Shown here: positions 1 to 8,641 of the stretch, piece after piece | How positions within the stretch are numbered: position 1 is the stretch's first letter | How the letters are laid out: each line of letters begins with the position of its first letter | From: Clostridia bacterium | GTDB lineage: Bacteria; Bacillota; Clostridia; UBA1381; UBA9506 | DNA length: 64,000 nucleotides | Assembly (NCBI GenBank): GCA_017546245.1 | Contig: JAFYXI010000034.1 | Location: 929 to 64,928, forward strand | Direction of reading: 5' to 3' | Translations under genes and position numbers: made by a program | Notes under the pieces: model-generated | The model's input: the letters and a program-made list of their open reading frames with translations, nothing else | Told to the model about the DNA's origin: nothing | Database searches by the model: none

Positions 1-393
1 AGCAATTTCGCTTATTGTGGGTTCTTTGCCGGTTTCTTCAGCTAATCTTGTTTTGATTGCAAATGCTTTTGCAGCTAATGTTTTAAGACTTCGGCTGACT
101 TTGATTGGTCCGTCATCCCGTAAAAATCTTTTTATTTCTCCCATAATCATAGGAACTGCGTAAGTGGAAAATTTAACATCGTAGCTTAAATCAAATTTTT
201 TTATTGCTTTTACAAGACCGATCGAGCCTATCTGCACTAAATCTTCAAGTTCTATTCCTCGTCCGTTAAATTTATGCGCTATTGAATAAACCAGTTTTAT
301 ATTTTCTTTTACAAGCTTATCTAAGGCAAAGCTGTCTTCGTCTTGCGCAAGACGAATGAACTGATATGTTTCGCAATTGGAGTATTCGTGCAT
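1..393 (-). CDS. sigF: Sporulation sigma factor SigF, N-terminal part (3' end runs off the window)
   Basis: Manual minus-strand translation from ATG 393-391 gives MHEYSNCETYQFIRLAQDEDSFALDKLVKENIKLVYSIAHKFNGRGIELEDLVQIGSIGLVKAIKKFD..., with sigma-70 region 2 motifs. A GGAGGG RBS lies upstream. It follows spoIIAA-spoIIAB, as in the spoIIA operon. Confidence 0.85.
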   Translation of the reverse strand, partial: MHEYSNCETYQFIRLAQDEDSFALDKLVKENIKLVYSIAHKFNGRGIELEDLVQIGSIGLVKAIKKFDLSYDVKFSTYAVPMIMGEIKRFLRDDGPIKVSRSLKTLAAKAFAIKTRLAEETGKEPTISEIA

Positions 394-423
394 GTCATCC
401 CTCCTTGCAACCAACTGCGGTGC

Positions 424-855
424 TTATGACCTTAGTGTTTTGCTCATTTTTACGGTTGTGCCCTCGCCTAAAACAGATGTAACATCTAAGCTGTCCATAA
501 AGGTTTCCATGACGGTAAATCCCATGCCCGAACGTTCCATTTCGGGGCAGCCGCTATATAAAGGCTCCATAGCTTGCGCAAGATTTTTTATTCCGTGTCC
601 TTTATCCGAGATTTCAATATATATTGTTCTGCCTTTTATCGCGCAGTGTATATGTACATCGCCCACTGTATTGCTGTAACCATGTATGATGGCATTGGTA
701 ACCGCCTCTGAAACTGCGGTCTTAATATCTGCCAGTTCGTCTAAGGTTGGGTCTAGCTGCGAGGCAAAAGCGGCAACCGTTGCTCTTGCAAAGCCTTCGT
801 TTGCAGATTTGCTCTTAAATATAAGTGTCATTTCGTTATCATTTGTGTTGTGCAT
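424..855 (-). CDS. spoIIAB: Anti-sigma F factor (serine kinase) SpoIIAB
   Basis: 143-aa ORF with HATPase-type motifs ([19 protein letters not shown]). It sits between spoIIAA and sigF. Confidence 0.9.
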   Translation of the reverse strand: MHNTNDNEMTLIFKSKSANEGFARATVAAFASQLDPTLDELADIKTAVSEAVTNAIIHGYSNTVGDVHIHCAIKGRTIYIEISDKGHGIKNLAQAMEPLYSGCPEMERSGMGFTVMETFMDSLDVTSVLGEGTTVKMSKTLRS

Positions 856-856
856 A

Positions 857-1201
857 TCACATACCTCCCATGCTCTTTACAGCATCGTCTGTTGTTTGAT
901 AAATATCCATAAGCTTGGTTAGACCCGACATACTAATCAGACGGTTTAAAGTTTTACTTTTACTCACAATGCAAACCTTGCCCCCGATAGATGTAATAAG
1001 TTTGTATCGCCCTATCATAAGACCAATGCCCGAGCTGTCCATAAATGTTAAATTTGTCAGGTCAAATACCATGTTTTGTGCAGACTTGTTTACTATTGCC
1101 GTCTCTATCATATCTTTAACGGCTTTGGCGCTATGATGGTCAAGCTCTCCGCTTAATGAGGCAATTAGTGTGCTGCCTTTCGTTTGTAGTTTTATGTCCA
1201 A
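857..1201 (-). CDS. spoIIAA: Anti-anti-sigma F factor SpoIIAA (STAS domain)
   Basis: 114-aa ORF with STAS-like sequence and an FMDSSGIG phospho-serine motif. The stop lies 1 nt before the spoIIAB start. Confidence 0.9.
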   Translation of the reverse strand: MDIKLQTKGSTLIASLSGELDHHSAKAVKDMIETAIVNKSAQNMVFDLTNLTFMDSSGIGLMIGRYKLITSIGGKVCIVSKSKTLNRLISMSGLTKLMDIYQTTDDAVKSMGGM

Positions 1202-1292
1202 TTTACTTCCTCCTTTTAATTTACAAATATTTCCATATAATAAATATACGGCAAACGCATTGATTTTTCCTTTGATGAAAAAGATAAGCTTT

Positions 1293-1318
1293 TGTCGAAT
1301 TAAAAAAACTTTTCGACA
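1293..1318. promoter_or_regulatory. Pair of inverted Spo0A-box-like motifs upstream of the spoIIA operon
   Basis: TGTCGAA (1293-1299) and its reverse complement TTCGACA (1312-1318) lie about 90-115 bp upstream of the spoIIAA start. The 0A-box consensus is TGNCGAA. Confidence 0.4.
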
Positions 1319-1475
1319 AAATATTTGTGGTGTTTTGGCATCAAAATATTAACAATTAAAAAACAACTTACCAAAATATTGATTTTATGCGTATATTGTG
1401 CTAAGATTAGAAATAATAAAACTGCATACGCGCACCCTTTGATGAATAAACTTTAATTAGTATAAAAAGGGCGGT

Positions 1476-2201
1476 GTGTGCATGATTTTAATTTTAAAAA
1501 AACGTAATGCTTTTTTAATTGCAGCAATTTTTTTACTCGTAGTTTACATTGCAGGAGCGTGCATAAACAATTTTGCGTTTTCGCGCAGAGTTTCGCTTTC
1601 GTGTTACGGCAAAAAGATAGTTTTAGATGCCGGTCACGGAGAACCTGACGGAGGAGCAGTAGGAAAAACAGGAGTAAAAGAGCAGGAGCTTAATTTAAAA
1701 ATAGCAAAAATTCTGCAGGGATTTTTAGAACAATGTGGTATGGAGGTTGTTATGACCCGTGCAGATGAGCAGGGAATTTATGACTCTGACGGCACTATAA
1801 GGAATAAAAAGCGTTCTGATATGTCAAACAGAGAAAAGCTTATGAATGATTCTGATGCAGATGTGTTTTTAAGCATACATATGAACAAATTTACCGATTC
1901 TAAATACAGCGGTCCGCAGGTTTTTTATTCGTCAAATAAAGAAGAGAGTAAAGAGCTTGCACAAATTTTGCAGGAAGAGCTTATAGCAGTTTTAAATCCT
2001 GAGTCGCAAAGGGAAATTAAAAAAGCAACAAACGATATTTATTTGCTGAAAAAAGCAAAAGTACCTGCCGTTTTGGTAGAGTGTGGATTTTTATCAAATG
2101 CTAAAGAAGAAGAAAAGCTTAAAGATGAAGAATATCAAAAAGAAGTTGCGTGGGCAATATATTGCAGTATAATAAAATATTTTTCGCTTGAGGCATCATA
2201 A
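1476..2201 (+). CDS. cwlD: Germination-specific N-acetylmuramoyl-L-alanine amidase CwlD
   Basis: 241-aa ORF with an N-terminal TM segment and Amidase_3 motifs (VLDAGHGEPDGGAVG, FLSIHMN, LVECGFLSN). The start could be ATG 1482. Confidence 0.8.
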   Translation: MCMILILKKRNAFLIAAIFLLVVYIAGACINNFAFSRRVSLSCYGKKIVLDAGHGEPDGGAVGKTGVKEQELNLKIAKILQGFLEQCGMEVVMTRADEQGIYDSDGTIRNKKRSDMSNREKLMNDSDADVFLSIHMNKFTDSKYSGPQVFYSSNKEESKELAQILQEELIAVLNPESQREIKKATNDIYLLKKAKVPAVLVECGFLSNAKEEEKLKDEEYQKEVAWAIYCSIIKYFSLEAS

Positions 2202-3375
2202 AATAACAAATGAAAAAGGAGATGAGGTTTTGTTTAAAAAATATAAAATACCATATCTCGGACTGCTGCCGATTATTTTGATTTCGGCATTTTTGATTAA
2301 GCTTATGTTCGTGGCGGATGTTTCTTTAACCGGAATTTTAGGTGTTGTTTATTCTTGTATTGCATATTTTGTGTGGGGATTTGTGTATGCATATCTTTTA
2401 AATCCTGCTATGGTGTTTTTTGAAAGGCTTATCAGCTCAAAAAAAGACAGCTTAAGAGTAAAAAAATATAAAAGAGCAGGAATAATCGCGTTTTTATATC
2501 TTTTGATTGTGGGTTTAATAACTTTGTTTATTGTGGCGATTGTACCTACAATACGTGCAGGTATCAGTGATTTTATTGATAACATTCCCCGATATGCCGC
2601 AAATTTTGAAATATGGCTTGCCGACTTTACAAATTCGTTCGATCCGGCTATAACCCAGATGGTTGAGCAGTATGCGCACAGTATTTTTGAAACACTTTAT
2701 AATTGGCTTACCGGTGTTATGGATATATCATCTATCGGAGATGCAGTATCATCTGCAGTCAGCGTTTCAACTCAGGTTGTATTAAGAGCGGTGTTCGGCA
2801 TTGTGGTTTCGATTTATTATTTATACAGCAAAGACGGACTTGTTGAAGAAATTAAAAAGCTGTGCAGGGCACTGTTTTCTGAAAAAACTGCAAACGCAAT
2901 TTATAGAAGCGGCCGCAAGATAAATGAGATTTTTCAAAAGTTTATTGTCGGCAGACTTTTGCAGTCTCTGATAATGTTTTTCTTGGGATTAGTCGTGCTT
3001 ATTCCGCTCAGAGTTCCGCTTGCACCGCTTATCGCAATAATAATCGGTGTAACGAATATGATTCCGTATTTCGGCCCTTGGTTAGGTGCAATTCCGTGTG
3101 TTCTTCTTGCGTTGTTTATCGGAGGAGTGATACCTGCGGTAATAACGGTTTTATTTGCTGTGGGGGTTCAGATTTTAGATAACTTAATTATAGGACCGAA
3201 AATTATGTCATCTCAGGTAGGCATAAGTCCGCTTTTGGTTATTGCAGGTGTTACAATAGGCGGAAAGTTTGGCGGCGTTTTAGGAATGTTTTTGGGTGTT
3301 CCGCTGGTTGCTGTATTAAAAATGGTATTCTATGATAAATTCATAGAAAATAGGCTTGAAGAAAAAAATATTTGA
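2188..3375 (+). CDS. AI-2E (PerM/YtvI-like) family membrane transporter
   Basis: Multi-TM ORF of about 380-395 aa with the AI-2E-like C-terminal pattern (NMIPYFGPWLG...GVPL). The start is uncertain. A TTG at 2230 follows a GGAG RBS. Confidence 0.7.
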   Translation: MRHHKITNEKGDEVLFKKYKIPYLGLLPIILISAFLIKLMFVADVSLTGILGVVYSCIAYFVWGFVYAYLLNPAMVFFERLISSKKDSLRVKKYKRAGIIAFLYLLIVGLITLFIVAIVPTIRAGISDFIDNIPRYAANFEIWLADFTNSFDPAITQMVEQYAHSIFETLYNWLTGVMDISSIGDAVSSAVSVSTQVVLRAVFGIVVSIYYLYSKDGLVEEIKKLCRALFSEKTANAIYRSGRKINEIFQKFIVGRLLQSLIMFFLGLVVLIPLRVPLAPLIAIIIGVTNMIPYFGPWLGAIPCVLLALFIGGVIPAVITVLFAVGVQILDNLIIGPKIMSSQVGISPLLVIAGVTIGGKFGGVLGMFLGVPLVAVLKMVFYDKFIENRLEEKNI

Positions 3376-3392
3376 AATTAATAAAAAAATAC

Positions 3393-3421
3393 TTGCCAAA
3401 CTGAATTTTGTATGATATAAT
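3393..3421 (+). promoter_or_regulatory. Sigma-A type promoter of rpmE
   Basis: TTGCCA (3393-3398), a 17-nt spacer, then TGaTATAAT (extended -10, TATAAT at 3416-3421). Confidence 0.45.
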
Positions 3422-3463
3422 TGCTCTGTTGCATACTGGAAAGTGTTGAAAGAGGTGAAACAG

Positions 3464-3667
3464 ATGAAAGAAGGAATCCATCCTGATTATAAGCAGACAA
3501 CCATTAAGTGTGCCTGCGGAGAGGTTATCGAAACGGGTTCTACCAGAGAGAATATCACGGTTGAAATTTGTTCGAAATGTCATCCGTTCTTCACTGGTAA
3601 ACAGAAACTGGTTGATACCGGTGGTCGTGTTGAAAAGTTCAGAAAGAGATTTGGTATCAAAGAATAA
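3464..3667 (+). CDS. rpmE: 50S ribosomal protein L31
   Basis: The translation [48 protein letters not shown]... is canonical L31 with CxxC...CxxC. An RBS AGAGGTGA lies before ATG 3464. Confidence 0.95.
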   Translation: MKEGIHPDYKQTTIKCACGEVIETGSTRENITVEICSKCHPFFTGKQKLVDTGGRVEKFRKRFGIKE

Positions 3668-3677
3668 GTCTCTTAGT

Positions 3678-3716
3678 TGTATAAGGGATGCTTTAGTATC
3701 CCTTATACATTTATTG
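3678..3716 (+). terminator. Intrinsic terminator after rpmE
   Basis: 12-bp stem TGTATAAGGGAT / ATCCCTTATACA with a 7-nt loop, followed by TTTATT. Confidence 0.6.
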
Positions 3717-3767
3717 CAATTACAATTTTAGGTTATGGATATATACGACTCTGACGGAGGTGTGAGT

Positions 3768-4001
3768 ATGTTACTGGCGGTTCAAATTCTGCATGTTATT
3801 ATTGCGCTTGTGCTGATTGTTGTTGTTTTATTCCAGTCAGGTAAATCAGCAGGCTTATCAGGTTCCATCGCCGGCGGTGCCGATACATTCTTTGGCAAGA
3901 ACAAAGGCAGAACAATTGATGCAATATTGTCTAAGTGGACATCTGTTATTGCTATTCTGTTCCTTATAACGTCGATTGCGTTGTTCTTCCTGAATAAATA
4001 A
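3768..4001 (+). CDS. secG: Preprotein translocase subunit SecG
   Basis: 77-aa two-TM protein: MLLAVQILHVIIALVLIVVVLFQSGKSAGLSGSIAGGADTFFGKNKGRT... is the typical SecG signature. Confidence 0.85.
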   Translation: MLLAVQILHVIIALVLIVVVLFQSGKSAGLSGSIAGGADTFFGKNKGRTIDAILSKWTSVIAILFLITSIALFFLNK

Positions 4002-4022
4002 TTACGCATTAACATGAGATTT

Positions 4023-4058
4023 AGCCGTTCCGCATATTGCGGAATGGCTTTTGTTTTT
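4023..4058 (+). terminator. Intrinsic terminator after secG
   Basis: 12-bp stem AGCCGTTCCGCA / TGCGGAATGGCT (one G-U pair) with loop TAT, followed by TTTGTTTTT. Confidence 0.7.
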
Positions 4059-4103
4059 GTTGCACATACTATTTTTGATTATATTAAAGGAGGTGTAAAC
4101 AAC

Positions 4104-6335
4104 ATTACACAGAAAGAAAAAGTTTTAAATTTTTTAGAAGAGGCGGCGCTTGTTCCGCTTTTGTTTGATGAATTGGTAACGGTTTTGGGTGTTCCTGAAA
4201 ACGAGACCGATGAATTAGCTGACATTTTAGAAGAACTGATGCGTGAAGGACTTGTTATTAAAACCAAGAAAAAACGCTTCGGTGCGGCAATAAAGCTTGG
4301 ATATGTAAAGGGTAAATTTATAGGTACAGAGCGCGGCTTTGGTTTTGTTGAAAGAGCGGGCGAAGAGGATTTGTTTATTCCTCCTGACAGTACAAAAGGA
4401 GCTATGCACGGCGATTTGGTGCTTGCTAAAATAACCTCACAGGCAACTGAAAATAAAAGGCAGGAGGGGACGGTTGAGGTAGTATTAGAACGCGCAAAAA
4501 CTGTACTTGTAGGCACATTTGAAAAGTATAAAGCATCGGGGTTTGTTGTGCTTGATGACAAGCGTATAGGTGTAGATTTGTTTATACCTGAAAATGAAAC
4601 ATTGGGCGCAAAACACGGCGATAAAGTTGTTGCCGAGATAGTTCGGATTGGTACAGGCAGAAATCCTGAAGGAAAGATTACAGAGGTTTTAGGTAATCGC
4701 CTAGATGTAGGTGTCGATGTTTTGGCAATAATAAGACAACACGGAATTGGCGAGAATTTTCCTGCAAAGGTTTTAAAAGAAGCAAAAGAAGTAAGCTCGG
4801 TATCCGTTTCGGATGAAGCGGAAAACAGGGCAGATTTTAAAGACCGTCTTATTTTTACCATTGACGGCGAAGATGCAAAAGACTTAGACGATGCCATCGA
4901 GATAGAAAAACTTTCAAATGGTAATTATCGTCTGGGTGTTCACATTGCAGATGTAGGACATTATGTGCCGCGCGGCAGTATGCTCGATAAAGAGGCATTT
5001 AACCGAGGTACGAGCGTCTATTTGGTTGACAGGGTAATCCCTATGCTGCCCGTTGAACTGTCTAACGGAATCTGTAGCTTGTCAGAGGGTAAAGAACGTC
5101 TGGCTCTTTCTGTTATTATGGAAATTGACCATAGCGGAAAGGTTTTAACGCACGAAATTTTAAAGAGTGTTATCTGCTCTAAAGCAAGAATGACATATAA
5201 CAATGTTACTGCTATTTTAAATGGCGATAAAGAGCTTTCTGCCAAGTATTCGTTTTTGCTTGACAGCATTTTTATGATGCGCGAGCTTAAAGATATTTTG
5301 CGTAAAAAACGAATGGCAAGAGGAAGTATAGACTTTGATTTTCCTGAAGCGAAAATAAAGCTTGATGAAAACGGAAAGCCGATTGCTATTGAAAAATATG
5401 AGCATTCAGAATCGAATCACATAATTGAAGAATTTATGCTCGTATGTAACGAAACGGTAGCAGAAGATATGTTTTTCAGGGAAATGCCGTTTGTATATCG
5501 TGTGCACGAAGTACCGACAGAAGAAAAAATAAAAGACTTTGCCGAGTTTGCTGCGGCCTTTGGCTATTCAATAAAAAGAACGCAGGGCAAAATTCATCCT
5601 AAGGAGTTTCAAAAACTGTTAGGAGAGATAAAAGGAACACGCGAAGAACGAATCATAAGCACGGTAATGCTGCGTTCGTTAATGAAAGCACAATATTCTG
5701 CTGAAAATATGGGACATTTTGGTTTGGCGGCTAAATATTATTGCCACTTTACTTCGCCAATAAGAAGGTATCCTGACCTTGTAATTCACAGAATTATAGC
5801 AGATGTGATTTCGTCAAAAGAAGCGAACTCGGAAGAATTGATGCGTTTTGTAATTTCGGCAGCGGCACAGTCGAGCGAACGTGAGCTTAGTGCTATGGAG
5901 GCAGAGCGAGATACAGATGATTTAAAAAAAGCCGAATATATGTCAGAACGGCTGGGAGAGGTCTTTGACGGAGTTGTTTCATCGGTTACGTCGTTCGGAA
6001 TGTTTGTTGAGCTTGATAATACAATAGAGGGCTTAGTGCGGATGACGGACTTGGATGACGATTATTATATTTTCGACGAGAAAAAGAGAATTTTAATAGG
6101 CGAGCATACGCACAGAATTTATCAGATAGGAGATTTGGTATCGGTTCAGGTTGCCCGTGCAGATAAAGAAAGCCGACGCATTGATTTTGTGTTGTATGAT
6201 GAAAATAACGAGGGCGGTATTTTATATAAAAAATATTTGCTGTCTAAAAAAAGCACAAACAAAAAAACGAAACCGGCAAGGAAAAAAGCACCTGAAAAAA
6301 GATATTTAAAAAAGAAAAAGCGCAAAAGAAAATAA
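4104..6335 (+). CDS. rnr: Ribonuclease R
   Basis: It has an RNB catalytic domain (FTIDGEDAKDLDDAI, HFGLA...YCHFTSPIRRYPDL), a C-terminal S1 domain and a Lys-rich tail. The start was placed at ATT 4104, 8 nt after the SD AAGGAGGTG. The track ORF start at 4014 spans the secG terminator. Confidence 0.8.
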   Translation: MTQKEKVLNFLEEAALVPLLFDELVTVLGVPENETDELADILEELMREGLVIKTKKKRFGAAIKLGYVKGKFIGTERGFGFVERAGEEDLFIPPDSTKGAMHGDLVLAKITSQATENKRQEGTVEVVLERAKTVLVGTFEKYKASGFVVLDDKRIGVDLFIPENETLGAKHGDKVVAEIVRIGTGRNPEGKITEVLGNRLDVGVDVLAIIRQHGIGENFPAKVLKEAKEVSSVSVSDEAENRADFKDRLIFTIDGEDAKDLDDAIEIEKLSNGNYRLGVHIADVGHYVPRGSMLDKEAFNRGTSVYLVDRVIPMLPVELSNGICSLSEGKERLALSVIMEIDHSGKVLTHEILKSVICSKARMTYNNVTAILNGDKELSAKYSFLLDSIFMMRELKDILRKKRMARGSIDFDFPEAKIKLDENGKPIAIEKYEHSESNHIIEEFMLVCNETVAEDMFFREMPFVYRVHEVPTEEKIKDFAEFAAAFGYSIKRTQGKIHPKEFQKLLGEIKGTREERIISTVMLRSLMKAQYSAENMGHFGLAAKYYCHFTSPIRRYPDLVIHRIIADVISSKEANSEELMRFVISAAAQSSERELSAMEAERDTDDLKKAEYMSERLGEVFDGVVSSVTSFGMFVELDNTIEGLVRMTDLDDDYYIFDEKKRILIGEHTHRIYQIGDLVSVQVARADKESRRIDFVLYDENNEGGILYKKYLLSKKSTNKKTKPARKKAPEKRYLKKKKRKRK

Positions 6336-6340
6336 CTGTT

Positions 6341-6376
6341 AAAAATGGCAAAACAATTTGTTTTGCCATTTTTTTG
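6341..6376 (+). terminator. Intrinsic terminator after rnr
   Basis: 10-bp stem ATGGCAAAAC / GTTTTGCCAT followed by a T-run. Confidence 0.7.
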
Positions 6377-6597
6377 TATATAAAACTCAAAATCTTACAC
6401 ATAAATATAAGATTTTGGAAAGAAAGGCAAATAATAATATGCTAAGGCAGCAGAGTAGTTAGAAAATGCACATTGGTATAAGATTTTGCCTATTCCTTAT
6501 GGCTTTTTAATGGGGTATAATATATAGTGCAAAGAAAGATGGTTGAATAGGAAATTTTAATTCCGAATCACAGCAGTTAAATTAACGAGAAAGGATT

Positions 6598-8622
6598 GTG
6601 ATACTGTTGAAAAAATTATTTGCAATGGCAGTTGCTTTTGTGCTGCTGCTCACCTTTATTCCTGCATATGCAGAAGAAGCTGTCGTAACCAATATGGTAA
6701 TTGACGGCGTAGAAGTAACATCAAGCGGAGATTTAACCGAGGCTGAAATGGCTGAGATAATTGCCGCAATTAAACAAGCGCAGCAAGAAGAAGCTGAGCC
6801 TGAAGAAGAAAAGACTACATATCCTGACGTGGCAGGAACAGAGTATGAAGAAGCCGCAAAGACTATGGAAAACCACAAGGTTATGATGGGCTATCCTGAC
6901 GGAAGCTTCAGACCTTATGAAAACTTATCGAGAGCAGAGCTTGTTGTGGTTCTTTCAAGATTAATGTCTGTTGCACACGTTGCAAAAACTATGAAAGCTG
7001 AAAAAGTTTTTGATGACGTAAGTGATATACATTGGGCAGCGCGCGAAATTCAGTTGGTAAGTGATAAAGATGTTTTATCGGGTTATGGCGATAACACCTT
7101 CCATCCTGAAGAATATGTTACATATGCTCAGACTGCTAAAATGATGGTCGAAATGCTCGGCTATGGCGAGAATGCTGTTAAAAAGGGCGGTTACCCACTC
7201 GGATATTTGGTTATAGCGAACGAACTTGGTATCCCTGAGGGAACAAACTATAAAAATGACGAGCTTTTAACTCGCGGTATGGCTGCAAAGCTTTTGGCAA
7301 ATGTGCTCTACATTCCTAAAACTGACGGAAAAATTTTAGCAGATACTATGAAAGAAATGTATTATTTCGTTTCGCCGCGCGGTGATGACAAAAACCCCGG
7401 TACAGAAGAAAAACCGTGGAAAACTGCTGAAATGGCAGGTAAAACTGCAACCGCCGGTACAACCGTAATTTTTGAAGACGGCGAATATAATGAAACTAAT
7501 ATAACTACTGTTAAAAACAGCGGTGAAAAGGGCGCACCTATTACATTTAAGGCTCGTAACAAACAAAAAGCGGTTCTTAAGTATTGCGGCGACAAGTTAG
7601 TTGCAAAGCAAAAGTTCACTATGAAGAACGTAAGCTATATTAATGTAAGAGACCTTTCGTTTACTCAGGAAAAGAAAGCAACCGACAGCACACAGTCGGC
7701 AACAGCTGATATTTTCCTTAATGCGTCCAGCTCAAGCCATCTTGAATTTACAGGAAATAAATTCTGGAACATATACGAAGAAGGCATAAAGCTTACATAT
7801 GTTGACAGATTCTTACTTGAAGATAACGAAGTAATCGAATCTGACCACGAGGGCTTTGACGTATTCTGTTCATCAAATGGTATCGTTCGCAATAACCGCT
7901 GGATAAACTGCGGTCGTGTATCTTATATGAACAAGGGTAACTCTTATAACAATCTTGTTTATAACAATTACGCTTATTATAACATTACATTAACCGGAGC
8001 AAGTAACCATGCAATGGGTATAGGCGGTTCATCTAACAGCCAGAGCCCGAGAGATATTGGCAAGGGCACAGGCTGGGAGGCATATAACTGCGTTTACTTT
8101 AACAACGTAATTATTTCAGAAGTTCCGGGCGGTCTTCCGATAGGACTTTATTTTACAGGCTGCCGCGACTGCCACGCATATAACAACATTGTAGTTGGTG
8201 CAAAGCAGGCGGTTCAGACCCGTGCGACCCTCGGCTTATCAAAAGGCTGGGAATGGGACCCGCCGGTTGTAAGACCAGTACTTAAGAATAACATTTTTGT
8301 TAACTGCGAAACAGGTGTTTATTTCTGGGAAGAGGTTGAGGACCCCGATTTTTCAAACAACATCTATTACAATGTTATAAATAACGCAGATAAAAATGCA
8401 ATCAATGAAAATCCGAGATTTGTTGACTTATATACAGACTGGAATCTGCTGGCTGACAGTAAGGCTATAGATGCAGGTGTAGAAATTCCTGATTCAATCC
8501 CCGGATTTGACAGACCGTATAACGGCGAGGCTGTTGTAGAAGCCATCGAAATTCCGAAGGTTGACTTTAACGGCAATCCGCGTACAGGTAAGTGGGACTT
8601 AGGTATTTATAACGTTGACTAA
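6598..8622 (+). CDS. Secreted SLH-domain protein with a right-handed parallel beta-helix domain
   Basis: Signal peptide (...IPAYAEE). SLH-like repeats (GYPDGSFRPYENLSRAELVVVLSRL; GYGDNTFHPEEYVTYAQTAKMMV). Beta-helix entry motif YYFVSPRGDDKNPGTEEKPWKT...TVIFEDGEYNET, followed by N-rich repeats. GTG start after a GAGAAAGGA RBS. Confidence 0.75.
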   Translation: MILLKKLFAMAVAFVLLLTFIPAYAEEAVVTNMVIDGVEVTSSGDLTEAEMAEIIAAIKQAQQEEAEPEEEKTTYPDVAGTEYEEAAKTMENHKVMMGYPDGSFRPYENLSRAELVVVLSRLMSVAHVAKTMKAEKVFDDVSDIHWAAREIQLVSDKDVLSGYGDNTFHPEEYVTYAQTAKMMVEMLGYGENAVKKGGYPLGYLVIANELGIPEGTNYKNDELLTRGMAAKLLANVLYIPKTDGKILADTMKEMYYFVSPRGDDKNPGTEEKPWKTAEMAGKTATAGTTVIFEDGEYNETNITTVKNSGEKGAPITFKARNKQKAVLKYCGDKLVAKQKFTMKNVSYINVRDLSFTQEKKATDSTQSATADIFLNASSSSHLEFTGNKFWNIYEEGIKLTYVDRFLLEDNEVIESDHEGFDVFCSSNGIVRNNRWINCGRVSYMNKGNSYNNLVYNNYAYYNITLTGASNHAMGIGGSSNSQSPRDIGKGTGWEAYNCVYFNNVIISEVPGGLPIGLYFTGCRDCHAYNNIVVGAKQAVQTRATLGLSKGWEWDPPVVRPVLKNNIFVNCETGVYFWEEVEDPDFSNNIYYNVINNADKNAINENPRFVDLYTDWNLLADSKAIDAGVEIPDSIPGFDRPYNGEAVVEAIEIPKVDFNGNPRTGKWDLGIYNVD

Positions 8623-8641
8623 ATAAGAAAGAGAGTGGCTT

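Noticed and set aside
377-922. Plus-strand ORFs of 100 and 78 aa overlapping spoIIAB and spoIIAA
   Set aside because: They are antisense to two strongly recognisable sporulation genes, have no RBS and are of low-complexity hydrophobic composition.
4014-4103. N-terminal extension of the rnr ORF as given in the track (start 4014)
   Set aside because: The extension spans the secG intrinsic terminator hairpin, is hydrophobic and does not resemble RNase R. A strong SD sits further downstream.
4079-4897. 272-aa minus-strand ORF inside rnr
   Set aside because: It is a Ser/Thr/Pro-rich shadow ORF antisense to a gene with unambiguous RNase R homology. It has no RBS and no recognisable motif.
6390-6417. 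Hairpin AAAATCTTACACATAAATATAAGATTTT resembling the 25241-25275 hairpin (shared CTTACACA-AAATAT)
   Set aside because: The similarity is limited to about 13 A/T-rich nucleotides in one arm. That is too short to claim a repeat family without a genome-wide count.
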